Shown piece after piece: positions 12,188 through 23,787 of a stretch of 64,000 nt of DNA. A program made the position numbers and the translations under genes. Every line of letters begins with the position of its first letter. Position 1 is the stretch's first letter. Origin of the DNA: Dimorphilus gyrociliatus (Eukaryota; Animalia; Annelida); assembly GCA_904063045.1 (NCBI GenBank), contig CAJFCJ010000002.1:310001-374000 (forward strand), read 5' to 3'. The notes below the pieces were generated by a model that worked only from the letters and a program-made list of their open reading frames with translations, was not told the DNA's origin and searched no databases.

Positions 12188-12894
12188 ATGTATCGTTGTT
12201 TAACTGCTCTATTCATAATTGGTATAAGTCGAGTTGCTGTACCTTTATCCATTGAGCTTCTTAAGCCTACTATTTATTCGGATTTAAGATACGAGAGTAC
12301 TGTCTATCCATTTCTGACTGGAAAAGCACGAAGTTTTCTCGAATGTAACGTCATTTGCGGTAACGAAGAAAGGTGTTCGAAAGGTAGTTTTCACTACGGA
12401 ACAAATGATTGCTTATTATACGAAACTGATCCAACGAAAGTTCCAGATCAGCTATTTAATAATTGGAAAAGCTTCGTTTCGAATAAAGCTGATTGGGGTT
12501 TTATCAGACGTAAGTATTTTATTTTGAAATCTCTTAGATTAAAACATTTTTAAAGAGAATCTTAAAATCAGATGGTTTTCGACTAGCATCACACACTGAA
12601 CTTTTCGGAAGAGCCGAAATAAAGATAAATAATAAATGGGGAACAATATGCGACGATAGTGTTGTACCTTCTGGATGGCCAACGGCCTTTTGTCGTCTTA
12701 TGGGATACTCTCATTCAAATGAATCTTTTTTTGCGGAAAATTATTACGTTATCAACAACAAACCGATTCATTTACATAATTTAGCATGTTTCGGTAGTTT
12801 AATTAATTTAGATAAATTTACTGAAGAGTGCTCAGTAAGTCCTACAGTACCTTGTACCCATGCCAAAGATATATTTATACGTTGTGTCAAATAA
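12188..12894 (+). CDS. Small secreted PAN/apple + SRCR (group A-like) protein; exons 12188-12509 and 12572-12894
   Basis: Hydrophobic N-terminus; PAN-type ECNVICGNEERC...NDCLLY; after a 62-nt intron, GRAEIKINNKWGTICDD...FCRLMGY...CTHAKDIFIRC (SRCR, 6 Cys). Confidence 0.8.
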
Positions 12895-12901
12895 AATGAA
12901 G

Positions 12902-13473
12902 CTACCGGAAATTGCTTTTGTTTAACGCTGAATTGTTCCCTTTCTCTTTTATTTTCTGCAAATTTTCCTGCTTCATCATACTTCTAGATTTACTTTTCAT
13001 ATCTCCACCTGGTCCTTGTTAATAAATGAAGCTTTATTTGCAAGTGTAAAAAACATTGAATGATTTTATTTCTAACCTGTTGGTCGACCATGCTTATATT
13101 CGTAGATCGGAGATTTTTTATATTCAGAATCTAAAGCAAGTTTCATACGAGACTTTGGAGTTTTCCTCAAAATTGGACTTTCCATAGGATTCGGAAATTT
13201 TATATGTTTAAAATTCGCATCCTTTTCTAATCGACCGTTGAATGGTGGCGTTTTTTCATTCTAACAAAAAGATATTTTCTAATATTTTAATATTTATAAA
13301 TTTAAATTTATGCATACATCCGACCATTTATTAAGGGTTTTTTCGGTAAGAATTAAATCGAATTGGCTATTATCCACCAATTCCGACCATTCGCAATTAT
13401 TTCTTTCTGTTGAATTTTCTACGAAATCGTAAAAGTTAGGTAATGGTCGCCCTTTAAGAGACATCGAACTCAT
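12902..13473 (-). CDS. Uncharacterised ~150-aa Lys/Ser-rich protein; exons 13473-13318, 13260-13077, 13014-12902
   Basis: ATG at 13473; two 57-62 nt GT-AG introns keep the frame open (MSSMSLKGRPLPNFYDF...SALNKSNFR*). An alternative acceptor at 13032 would give a shorter C-terminus. Confidence 0.55.
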
Positions 13474-13898
13474 TTGTAAATAAAACGTAAAGTCAAAATG
13501 TTCGAAGATTAACTTAAAGTTTATGACGTATTCTCGAAAATTTCAGCCTATTTGTATTAGAATAAATATTTTCAAATTCTAAACTATTTAATAAGAAAAC
13601 AGTTGATTAACTAAATTCATTTTATGAATAGGGTTTTTTAACTTTATCTATAATTTGTAAGCTGAAAGTATAGAATAACAGTTTTTTAAAACTGAAATAC
13701 TGAAAATTAGGGGCCGAACGAAAGATTCTTTTAAGTATTTTTGACGGGTACTGAATTCCTAATCGATACTTGATTATACTAAATAGTAACTCAATATTAA
13801 CCTTTGCGGAAGTTATCTAATTTTGGCACGTTCAAGTAAATTGAGTATTACAGTATTGTTTGAAGACATACTATTATAGTCTAGGTTAATTATCAACA

Positions 13899-15575
13899 AT
13901 GTCAATGATACTAAACGAATGCTTTTTTAGTGCTTTTGTGTACGTGTCCAAGAGAAAACAGGAAATCTGGAATATCGGTATGAAGAAGAGATTTTTAACG
14001 TTGAACAATAATTCAGTGAATCTTATCCTTTGGAATTCGGAGCTAAAGGATACTATTGTAGATAGTATCAATATTATTAGTTCTGTTTTTGTGATTGAAT
14101 ACGAGGACCTTCAGCCAATATTACGTATTAGGTTATTGTTACATTTTCTACATTATTGATGGTCATTATTTCTGTTCAATCTTTAAGGTTGCCGAATAAT
14201 ACAACGTACTTCCTAAAATCAGTTTGTGACGAACAACATCAAATGCTAAATATTTTAATAGAAATTTTACATATACAAAGGAAACTGTTTCTAAATTGCG
14301 ATTCAGTTAGTATACATTTTTTCAATCAAACAATAGGCGTATCATAAATTATTAACTCATCGTTCAGAGTCTTCAACGACAACTTAGACCATTTAAGGGA
14401 TATTTGGAATGGGGTAACGTAATAACTTATAGAGAATTCTTTTAATTATAAAAATGAATTCATTTAGCTGACAGTTCGACTAAAAACGAAGGGTTTGCGT
14501 ATAATAATACTGCAGAAGATAAAATTTTATTGGAATTAAACAAAAACCCGACGAGAACAAAACAAATAGAAGATAATCAAATTAATTGCAATACATTTGG
14601 TATTTATTTATTTATTTCTAGTTGCAATTACGTAATTAGCCTCTTTATTATGGATGAATAGTTGATAGACGTTTGAGTCAGAGTTTATCCGATCTACGAT
14701 TATTGGATTATGATTATTGCCGAATGAAAAGTATTTCGGAGAATGATTTGAGTAGAGATATTGAAGAAGTTGAAAGTTTATTTAGAGCGCTTGAGGAGAA
14801 AATTCGCAAAAGAGAAGATAATCATTTTATAAATAGGACAAAATCGCTAAGAATGTATCTGGAGAAATCGGCCGAAGCTGAAAAAGATAAATCAAAGAAA
14901 TCAATATTTTACGTTGCCGTAAATACGAATTGCGACGATTCCAAGTATTCAAAGTCGGAAAAGTTGGAAAGGATTCTTAATTATCAAACAAGATATATAC
15001 AATTATTAGTTGAGGCAGTTAAAGAAAAGGATAACAGATTCAGGCAGCATATAGAAAAAGAGCACGAAAGCTTTAAATTTTTACAGAAAGTTGTTAAAGA
15101 TTTGTCACAAGAATGTAATGATCTTAAGGTATGTTGTAATATAGATTGGGATAAAACTAACCGTAATTTTTCCCAATTTTCAAAATAATAACAGGATATC
15201 AATGCTGCTTTTAAGAAACAAATCAATTTATTGAATGAAGAGATAATTTCTATTCAAAATTTACGAGAGCACGAATCAAAATCGAATGAGAATTTTAGAA
15301 AGTAATTCTTTTTTATAGATATTAAAATAGATAAATGAAGGATAAAAGTGAATTATTTGTAATTTTTAGAGCTCAATTACAAATGGAACCTAGAATAGAA
15401 AAGCTAAAAAGTCTCTATATTGAAATGATGAGAAATATCGGAAATGCTAATGATAGGAGTAAGTTTTTATTCTTTATCTTTTTTTTTCTTATCTATTTCA
15501 TCAATTGTCACAATTTTTTTGTTTTTCTTTTTGTGTGTTAAAAAATTGATTGTCCCTTTATTAGATCATTATTAA
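13899..15575 (+). CDS. PH-like domain + coiled-coil protein, about 8 exons
   Basis: KKRFLTLNNNSV ... IR|LPNNTTYFLKSVCDEQHQMLNIL has PH beta2 and beta7-helix features. In-frame splicing via 14306, 14600 and 14661 links it to the coiled-coil ORF at 14673 and the downstream exons. The final exon is uncertain. Confidence 0.55.
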
Positions 15576-15698
15576 TCTCGTTCTTTCTCATAATTTTTTT
15601 TATTATTCGTATGTACAAACCATTCAAATTACTCAGGAAATAAGTTATCAGAGTCAACAGATACTCTCATAAATAAATCAAAGGTCAATATTAATTAG

Positions 15699-16442
15699 TT
15701 ATATGATTGCAAGAACGAAAAAAGACAAGAATATGGCTGAAATGATAAAAAGTACCGTTAGATAATTCACGGCTGCTAACAATAAAGGAATTAGTCGAAA
15801 TATCGCAATTTTCAACGCAAAATTGCATGCCGCTATGGCAACACAGGCGACAAGGAGAGTAAAAAGTACAGCTGTTAATCGCTTTAAGTTGTTACTTGTC
15901 ACTAAATTATCCAAAATTCGGTGTATGAAAAAAGTAAATCTCAGGAAGGTTATCAATATAGATAAGGAGAAATACTGCTGTAGTGAAGCGGCCTTCTCCC
16001 TTTGTTCTTCCTCTCTCTCTAAAATTTTGTACAATTTCGGTGATAGACCAGTGTAAGAGATTTGACGAGAGCTTTTCCGATTTAATTTCTTTCTATTCCT
16101 GTATTTAACTTTTTTATGACTTGAGTTGGACTCGGAAGAGGATGTTTCTAAATTTGATGTATCGGAAGAGCTTTCAACGGAACAATTGCAGGAACATGAA
16201 GGACATTTTTCGGAATATTTAAATTTTTCATAACGAGTATATTCTACAAATCCACGATAATTTCGATGAGAAGAAAATTGTTCATCCTCGTAGAATTGTT
16301 GTTTTGAATATTGAAATTTAGGAGATTGTATAGATGATATATCCGATGAAGATTTAGGTTTAAGTAGATGTTTTATACTGTATTTAGGTATCAGTTGAGT
16401 TTCTTGTTCAAATACATATTTCTTATTTTCCTTATCCATCAT
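15699..16442 (-). CDS. Uncharacterised protein with a Ser/Lys-rich N-terminal region and 2-3 C-terminal TM helices
   Basis: 247-aa ORF with long hydrophobic stretches at the C-terminus. An upstream acceptor near 16489 suggests further 5' exons. Confidence 0.55.
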   Translation of the reverse strand: MMDKENKKYVFEQETQLIPKYSIKHLLKPKSSSDISSIQSPKFQYSKQQFYEDEQFSSHRNYRGFVEYTRYEKFKYSEKCPSCSCNCSVESSSDTSNLETSSSESNSSHKKVKYRNRKKLNRKSSRQISYTGLSPKLYKILEREEEQREKAASLQQYFSLSILITFLRFTFFIHRILDNLVTSNNLKRLTAVLFTLLVACVAIAACNFALKIAIFRLIPLLLAAVNYLTVLFIISAIFLSFFVLAII

Positions 16443-17515
16443 TGATAATCCATGGATTCTCTTAAATGTCTCTTCTATTATTCCAAATCTATCCCGAAAG
16501 AAAACGATTAACGTGCATTTAATCTAGAACAAACATGTGTCAAATAAATACTTTTTGTTTGTTAATTCTCAAATTACATCAGTTCTTTTGTGAGTTTAGA
16601 AATCAGATGTGAAATTTACTGTTTATGGGAAATAATAAGACAATACCTTTATCCCTTGAAATGATCCTTTAAAAGCCGTTGCTTTTTCTCTACTGTTCGA
16701 AGTCAACGTGTTTACTGATAAAAAAATCAAAATGGTTTTGCTAACTATATTTATCAAGGTACAGTGGATTTTTGCACTTTTGAACCTATCAAAGTGCACA
16801 TTTTAAGTGCTTACTGCGTCACAATTAACTCGACTTAGAAACTGTTTATCAACTCTAATCATATATTTTAAATCGTATTATACAAGGCCATTGTTTACGT
16901 AATGAGGATAGTGTAATACAATAACCATCTAATACACTCCTCCGTCGGAGATTGTGCATTTTATTTGCAAACTAGATTGAATAGAAATTATAAATAAACG
17001 TAAAATACATCTAGCACGAAAAAAAATCTTAGTTATTGTTCAATTGTATTAGCATAAGATAGTGTTTTGATTGATCTGTAATTTATATTTGATATCCATT
17101 TGATAGAAAACGTAAATTTAGAATTTTTTCAATATAATTATAGTTTCCATTTTAAAAATCGTAAAAAATAGAATTATGCAATTTGTGAAAAACATTTTAG
17201 TAAGACTTGTTTGTCTTAAATAACGAATAGTAAAACTTGTAAATTTATCGGGCTAGTAATATTATCAATACTGTATGTGTTTATGTACTAAACGCAGAAT
17301 AATTGCTAAATAAGAAAAAGATCAGTAAATAATTTTCGCAGAAGTTGAACATTCTATTATTAGTAAATATAAAGAAAATATCTGATCGGGAAACCAGTAA
17401 ATGCGAGAATATTGATTAATAGAAAAGATAATTGAAAAAAAGTACAGTCTCTTTGCAATCCATATTCAGTCCTGTAGATGACTTTGTAGCACTCGTAGAA
17501 AAATAATCGTAAGAA

Positions 17516-18863
17516 ATGAATCTGAAGATTTTCATTTTCATCTTTCTCAGCTCTGTTGGAATTTGGGTTATGTGTACAAATGATGCTATACGTAAAACTC
17601 GTTTTCATCTTCTATTCGATAATAATTTTACAATATCTGAATATGCAACGATGAAGTTAGATACTTTGGAAGATTGCTTAATTCTTTGCGTGGAAAATAT
17701 TCCAAGGTAATAAAACTTTACTCCCTTTAGAATAATAATAATAATAACAATAAGAAAGTTGAGTTTGAATTCCTGATTCATGGGTATTTTTAGATGTATG
17801 TCAATTAAGTATCGTTCGGAGCAGAGAGTATGTCACTTTTTGAATTTCGAGCTTTCTATTCTTCCAGAAGATTTAAAAGGGTTATTTGACAAAAAGCAAC
17901 TGCTGGCAGTTGTAGAGAAAGTAGGAATGATATTTTTAAACAAAAATACTGTAGAAATTTAATAAGAGAAATTTCAAAACAGCCTGAATTTGAAACAACA
18001 GTTAATATACCTAGTACTGTTACAATTCCTACCACAATTAAGGAAACAACTACTTCCGAAATAACCACTACAGTTGAACAAACCACAACTAAAATATTAA
18101 CAACACTTGATGTGACAACTTCCAAGATGACGACCCCTGAAGCAACTACAACACCAGACGAAACAACAACAGCTGAAGTAACTACTACAGCGCGAGTCAC
18201 AACGCCTAAGGAAACTACTACTATGGAAATAACTACAACAGAAAAGCAAACAACCACAGCCGAAGAAACTACAACTCCTGAAGCAACTACAACCCCTGAA
18301 GTTACAACAACCCCGGAAGTTACTACAACCCCTGAAGTTACAACAACGCCTGAAGTTACAACAACCCCGGAAGTTACTACAACCCCGGAGATCACAACTA
18401 CGGTTGAAGAGACAACGACACCATTAGCTACGACTACTGTTCAAGTCACAACAGTTAGGTCAACCGAATATGTTGTTTATATGAATTCTTTTTCTCATTC
18501 TCCAATTTGTACTATTGATGAAAACATATATCTGGACAGTCTACCCACGATAGCCCAATCTAGTACTGGCAATAATTTACCAACTGTTATAGCTTATTCG
18601 AATGGAAAGCAGAGTAAGATTTATAAGAACTTTGAAAATTTGACATGTACATTTATTTTCAGAACTCTGTGCCAAATCGAAAAGCAAATGCAAATCGTAT
18701 CCATGGCCCTGCTGTACTGTAGGAAAACCAAACCCATGTTTTAAGAGTAAATCCAAAAAAGGCAAAAAAGGATGTCGATGTCGAAGAAAAAACACTCATT
18801 CAAACAAATTACTATGCTCCAAGTATTCAATCTAGTGGTAACAGTAATATTATCTCGCAATAA
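17516..18863 (+). CDS. Secreted PAN/apple + Thr-rich mucin + Lys/Cys-rich tail protein, 4 exons
   Basis: Signal peptide; PAN-type LEDCLILCVENIPR|CMSIKY...VCHF; TTTPEV stalk; last exon (from 18663) encodes KLCAKSKSKCKSYPWPCCTVGKPNPCFKSKSKKGKKGCRCRRK...SQ*. Confidence 0.75.
18268..18393 (+). repeat. Coding tandem repeat, 7 x 18 bp (TTTPE[AVI])
   Basis: Unit consensus ACWACAACCCCKGAAGTT, read directly from the sequence. Confidence 0.9.
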
Positions 18864-19889
18864 TAATAAAATAAACCTAAGACGAATGAGATGACTTCAG
18901 CACTAAATATTGATTTGAAATATTAATTGTTGGTCTATGTCAACCCATATTTTTTGTTAATCGACCTAAATTTACAGTCTTTGACAGTTTCCACTTTAAG
19001 AATGTTTACTTTCAGAATTGTTATAAGTATGAAAATAGTAATGAAACTTGAGAAAATAACGAAAAGTGAAATAGTTCATAGACAAACCAGAGATGGCGTT
19101 GACGTTTAACACTTAATATCTTAAAATACAATTTCGTAATAGTGTACTAAAAAGTTGAAAAAGCTCTATTGTTATCTGCCTTCCTTTTCATCAAGTGTCC
19201 GTACCCTATTTAGTTATTTAATACTGTCGATAGAAAGCCAGATAATTATAATAGGTCGCTAATGACAAAATCAATTTGGTATCAGTTTAAAAGATAAATT
19301 AGTATCTTATATGATAAAACTCTTTAAATGTTGAAAATATACGACAAATTTTCAAAAACGTTTAAGATAAACCGCAACAAAATATATAAAATATGAATTA
19401 AATATGTAGAAAAGTGATAAAAAACGAATCGGTTACAAAATATCGATCTACTGAATAGAACTTTTCTTTTTCTATATTATTCACAGGTGACGCTAACAGT
19501 CGTAAAAAATATTTTATCATTGAATTTTATGGAAAAAAAAAGAAAATTTCATTTCTATTTAAATAATATAAATAATAAAATCTGTAACATATAATGTGTA
19601 TAGTACATATACATATATACATATATACAGTATATAGTATATATTGTATACTGTATAAGCTGTTGACCTGAGTTTACTGTAGTGAAAAAAACATTATGAT
19701 AATTTATTTTTTGTTTTGATACTTTTCACGAGTTTTAGCAAAGCCAACATGTGTTTAAAAATATTGATCCTGTAGTTTTTTTTTTGCGTCTTTATATAAT
19801 TTGTGATCCGAAACGTGACTGCTGCTATGTCGTGATTAGCGTCTCTTCACATGTCTCAGTTCTAAAATGTCAATTGATAAACAGCAGCG

Positions 19890-22233
19890 ATGAATAGCAA
19901 TTCAGAATTTGAGTTTTTACGTAAAAGTTTTGGAGTTTTACAAAGAATTGCTTCTATTGAATTTGATCAGGCAAAGTCTAAATGGTCTACATTGCAGTAT
20001 GCCGAAAGAGCTTTTGAATCTGTGCATATAGGTAGAAGTAGAACGAATGAGAATAAAAGGAGAAAAAGATCAAAATCTGAACATGGCAGATCTAAATATA
20101 GAAGGAAAAATTTGAGCACTTCTGATTTACTTGTATACTCCGTATCGTCTGGTAAAGACTATTTCTTTATGTTTCATGTTCAATACTAATTGATTGTTAA
20201 AATATCGTATCGCTCAGTCATGATTACGCGATATGCACTTCTCGTTTATAAATGTTATAATTTCTATTTAAAATTTTCTGAACTCTTTATCAGGTGGAGA
20301 AGTTGTTGAAGCAATTAAGTGTGCTGTTGCAGAAGCCCAATGCTCCTTAACTCAAATACGCGAAGGGTAATTATTACTTATTAACATTCTCTCCACTGTA
20401 AATTTAGATACACGTATCCACTTTTTAATAAAAATGTAGGCTGCAAAGCAGTAAAATATCAAGTTAGATAAAAAATTTAATAGGTAATTCTATTAAAACT
20501 GATCCTTTCGTTGTAATCTAATTGCAGTTTATATCTATAACAAGTAGCTTAAGTATTAGAGTATTATTTTTTCAGTCCTTGAAAATTATATCTAACTGTA
20601 ATTTCTATAAATAGAAAACATCCAAATTTTCGGGATTGTTACGGCTTCTATAGGATTGATGATGATATCGACTTTACTTTCGAAGATATTCCAGATTCTT
20701 TAAGAAAGACAATTAAAAATTGCGAAAAGGAGAAACAACGTTTTATAGATAAGAAATTGCATAAAGCTAATGAATTTGAGAAAGATTGGGAATTCTTTAT
20801 GGAATCTTGGAACAATAACCTGATGGAGGATAGGGATTTAAAAAAACAAGTCCGAAAAGGGATTACACCCATTTACAGACAAAAAATATGGACGTAGTAC
20901 GTACAGTTGCATAAGCTATTTTTTTTTTTACATCTCTTTTATGCATTAAAACTAATACTTTTATAAATTCTGGTAATCAGCTGTATAAACAAACGAGTTG
21001 GCCTAAAAAGGAATAAAAATAAAGACTATTACCGAAATTTACTAAAAAGGAACGAAGGTCGATCAAATCCAAATATCAAGCAGGTTTGTATTAAACTAAA
21101 TATACACGTGTACCGCAAAATTTTAAGCCTATACGACATACATTCTAACATTCTTTTTTAATATTAGTTATCGTAATAAAAGATACATTTTCATTTTGCA
21201 GATTGAATTGGATTTATTAAGGAGCCTTCCGAATAATAGCAAATTTCAAACTTTTATGTCAGACAGCGTTATTAAGTTGAGAAATGTACTTGTTGCCTTT
21301 TCATGGCATTGTGAACAGATTGGTTATTGTCAGGTAACTATATCTTCAACGTTCAACATATAATACATTAAAACGTTTTATAGTTTTTTTTCTAATAGTA
21401 TATATAGTATATATAATTTATTTAGGGCTTGAATCGAATCGCTGCTATTGCTTTATTGGTTTTACCAGAAGAGGATGCATTTTGGTGCTTGGTTGCTATA
21501 GTTGAGCATATTCTTCCAAAAGATTATTATACAAACGTTTTGCTTGGAGCACAAACAGACCAGAAAGTCCTAAGGGATTTCATAATGAAACTGGTACCCA
21601 AGGTCTATAACAAGCTGGAAGAAAAAAGAGTTGATCTCTCGCTTTTCACTTTAAGCTGGTTCTTAGCAGTTTTTGTAGAGAATCTTCCCGTTGAGACGTA
21701 TTTTCGCATATGGGATTCATTTCTATTGGAGGGTGACAAGGTTATTTTTCTCTATTATTTTATAGTCAATAGCTTGCAAGAAAATTGACTAGATTTTTTA
21801 ATTTTCTCATTTAATAGATTCTCTTTCGATTTGCTATTGCAATTTTCAAGAAAATCGAAGAAGATATTTGTAAACTAAATGAAAATCCAGAAATTCATGC
21901 CTTTATGCGAATTATACAGCGTAGTTTGTACGATCATCATACTTTAGCTGATGTAAGTAATATCTTATTCAAGATAATACATAGTTAAAAAAAACTGTAA
22001 ACTTCTTTACAGATAGCCTTCAAGTTAGGTCCTTTTTCCAAGAAATCATTAGCTAATAAAAGAGAATTATATCTTGAAGAAACAAAGGTAGCAACATTTT
22101 CAATAGTTTAATATACTGTACAGTATATATATTTATATTTATATTAATATATAATATGCCTTTTTAATAATCTTCTTAGAAAGAATTAGAAGAATGGAAG
22201 AAAAGAGAATCTCGAAATAAAACTATTGAATGA
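19890..22233 (+). CDS. TBC1D2-like: TBC-domain Rab GTPase-activating protein, TBC1D2/2B-like, multi-exon
   Basis: RDCYGF, VRKGITPIYRQKIW, IELDLLRSLP (Arg finger), IGYCQ|GLNRIAA (Gln finger), FRIWDSFLLEGDK|ILFRFAIAIF. Confidence 0.85.
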
Positions 22234-22240
22234 AAAAAAC

Positions 22241-22250
22241 AGATGGCGCT
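22241..22250 (+). promoter_or_regulatory. AGATGGCGCT CTCF/YY1-like core just after the TBC stop codon
   Basis: Exact 10-mer shared with 2973, 10007 and 11247. Confidence 0.4.
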
Positions 22251-23457
22251 TTCACAGTATTCACTATGGATGACCTCTGTTAGTACCAAACAAAAGATGA
22301 ACTACCCAAAAAAAAGATACGACTTACTCGATAGCAAAACTTTAAATCTTAATAATAATATTGATAATAATGATAAATAATAATAACAATTGTTTATTTT
22401 TTTTTTACATTTATTCATTTGTTCTCATTAATTTTCAATTGTAGGAAAGAATAATAAATATATATATTTCAATTGAATATCTTTTAAAACAGAGTCGGTT
22501 TTAAAAGTAAAGGAAAGTTACTGTGTATTTATAGAAAATAGATCGTTTGATAGGGAATACGTATACAGTATATAGAGATACGGTATATAGAAAGAGAGAG
22601 AAAGAAGCTAAACAATAGAAGTAAGTGTACTTAACAATTAAATAGAATCATGTAGGCGGTATTTTAGAAAATTAAATAAATATTGTACGGAAAATATATA
22701 TTAACTATAGTTTGTCTTAAAAGTAAGACGGCTTACTAGGTGTAAACTTCGTAGCATGAATTTGCAATTTTTGTAAGAGAATGTAGCAGTGCTGTATATT
22801 GCAGTTGATTCAAGCACTTAAGAATACTTATATACACACATTATCGTTTTACAGCTACGGAATTAATCATTTTGTAAATACCCTATAGGGGAAATATATA
22901 AGATGATTTAGAAGAATGCCGTTTTTCGTTTTTGATGGAATATTCAGTCTACTTCAAAGGTCATAAAGCGAGTTCGTTAATCATTTTATCTTTCAAATCA
23001 ATCGAGCTGTTGCGTAGACTGTTCATTGTCTGATCATGTGTTTTTGTTTATGAAATTGATCTCTCACACAAATTGATTTATGCCGAGCTAACAATAAATA
23101 AGAAAAAAATTATGCAGAAGAGATGAGACGAAGGAGCTAGAAAGAACAATCGAATAAAAAATATAGCATTCCTACGCATTGGAGCGTTAGTCGTTCCGGC
23201 TATTTACTCAATCTCTATACAAATTGACCTCTTTGTTTGAGTAATAAAACCCTGCTTTTCCCATTTTACAACGTTCAGGCGTTACTAAAAATATATTTTG
23301 ATATATATTATGTGTAAGTAAATAATTCAAATATTATAGTGCACTAACCGCCATTTGTATTGTGGCGCCAATACGGATATTGCAGTCTATATTGCAGTTG
23401 ATTGTTGCGTCTCGTCTTATTCAACTAGAGGTCATCGGCTAGTTGGCTTTCATTTCA

Positions 23458-23787
23458 ATGCCGTCGCTCGTTAATTTTACCAGCTGCAATTCAACAGACA
23501 ACGATATAACAACAAAAGTTCCGTCTTGCCATACGATTCCTAAGAGCCGTAACGAGTTAGATGCTTTTCTATATATCGTAGTCGTTCTACTTTTCTATGC
23601 AGCCGTAATGTTACTCCTCATGATTAAATACATAAAGAGAGAAAAACAGGATGCCATATTGGAAAGATACTATGAAGATTTTGTTAAAAGAGACAGTTTT
23701 CGAAGAAATCTTCATACTATACCAGCACACGATCAAATAAGGATATCGAATGAAAGAAGACTGGAAGAAGAGCCTCGGAATGTTTAG
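23458..23787 (+). CDS. Single-pass type III membrane protein, KCNE/MinK-like, 109 aa, one coding exon
   Basis: ATG at 23458; no signal peptide; N-terminal sequons NFT and NST; TM DAFLYIVVVLLFYAAVMLLLMIKYIKREK. Confidence 0.7.
   Translation: MPSLVNFTSCNSTDNDITTKVPSCHTIPKSRNELDAFLYIVVVLLFYAAVMLLLMIKYIKREKQDAILERYYEDFVKRDSFRRNLHTIPAHDQIRISNERRLEEEPRNV

Noticed and set aside
17856-18395. 179-aa minus-strand ORF with VVTSGV repeats
   Set aside because: Antisense shadow of the TTTPEV mucin repeat.
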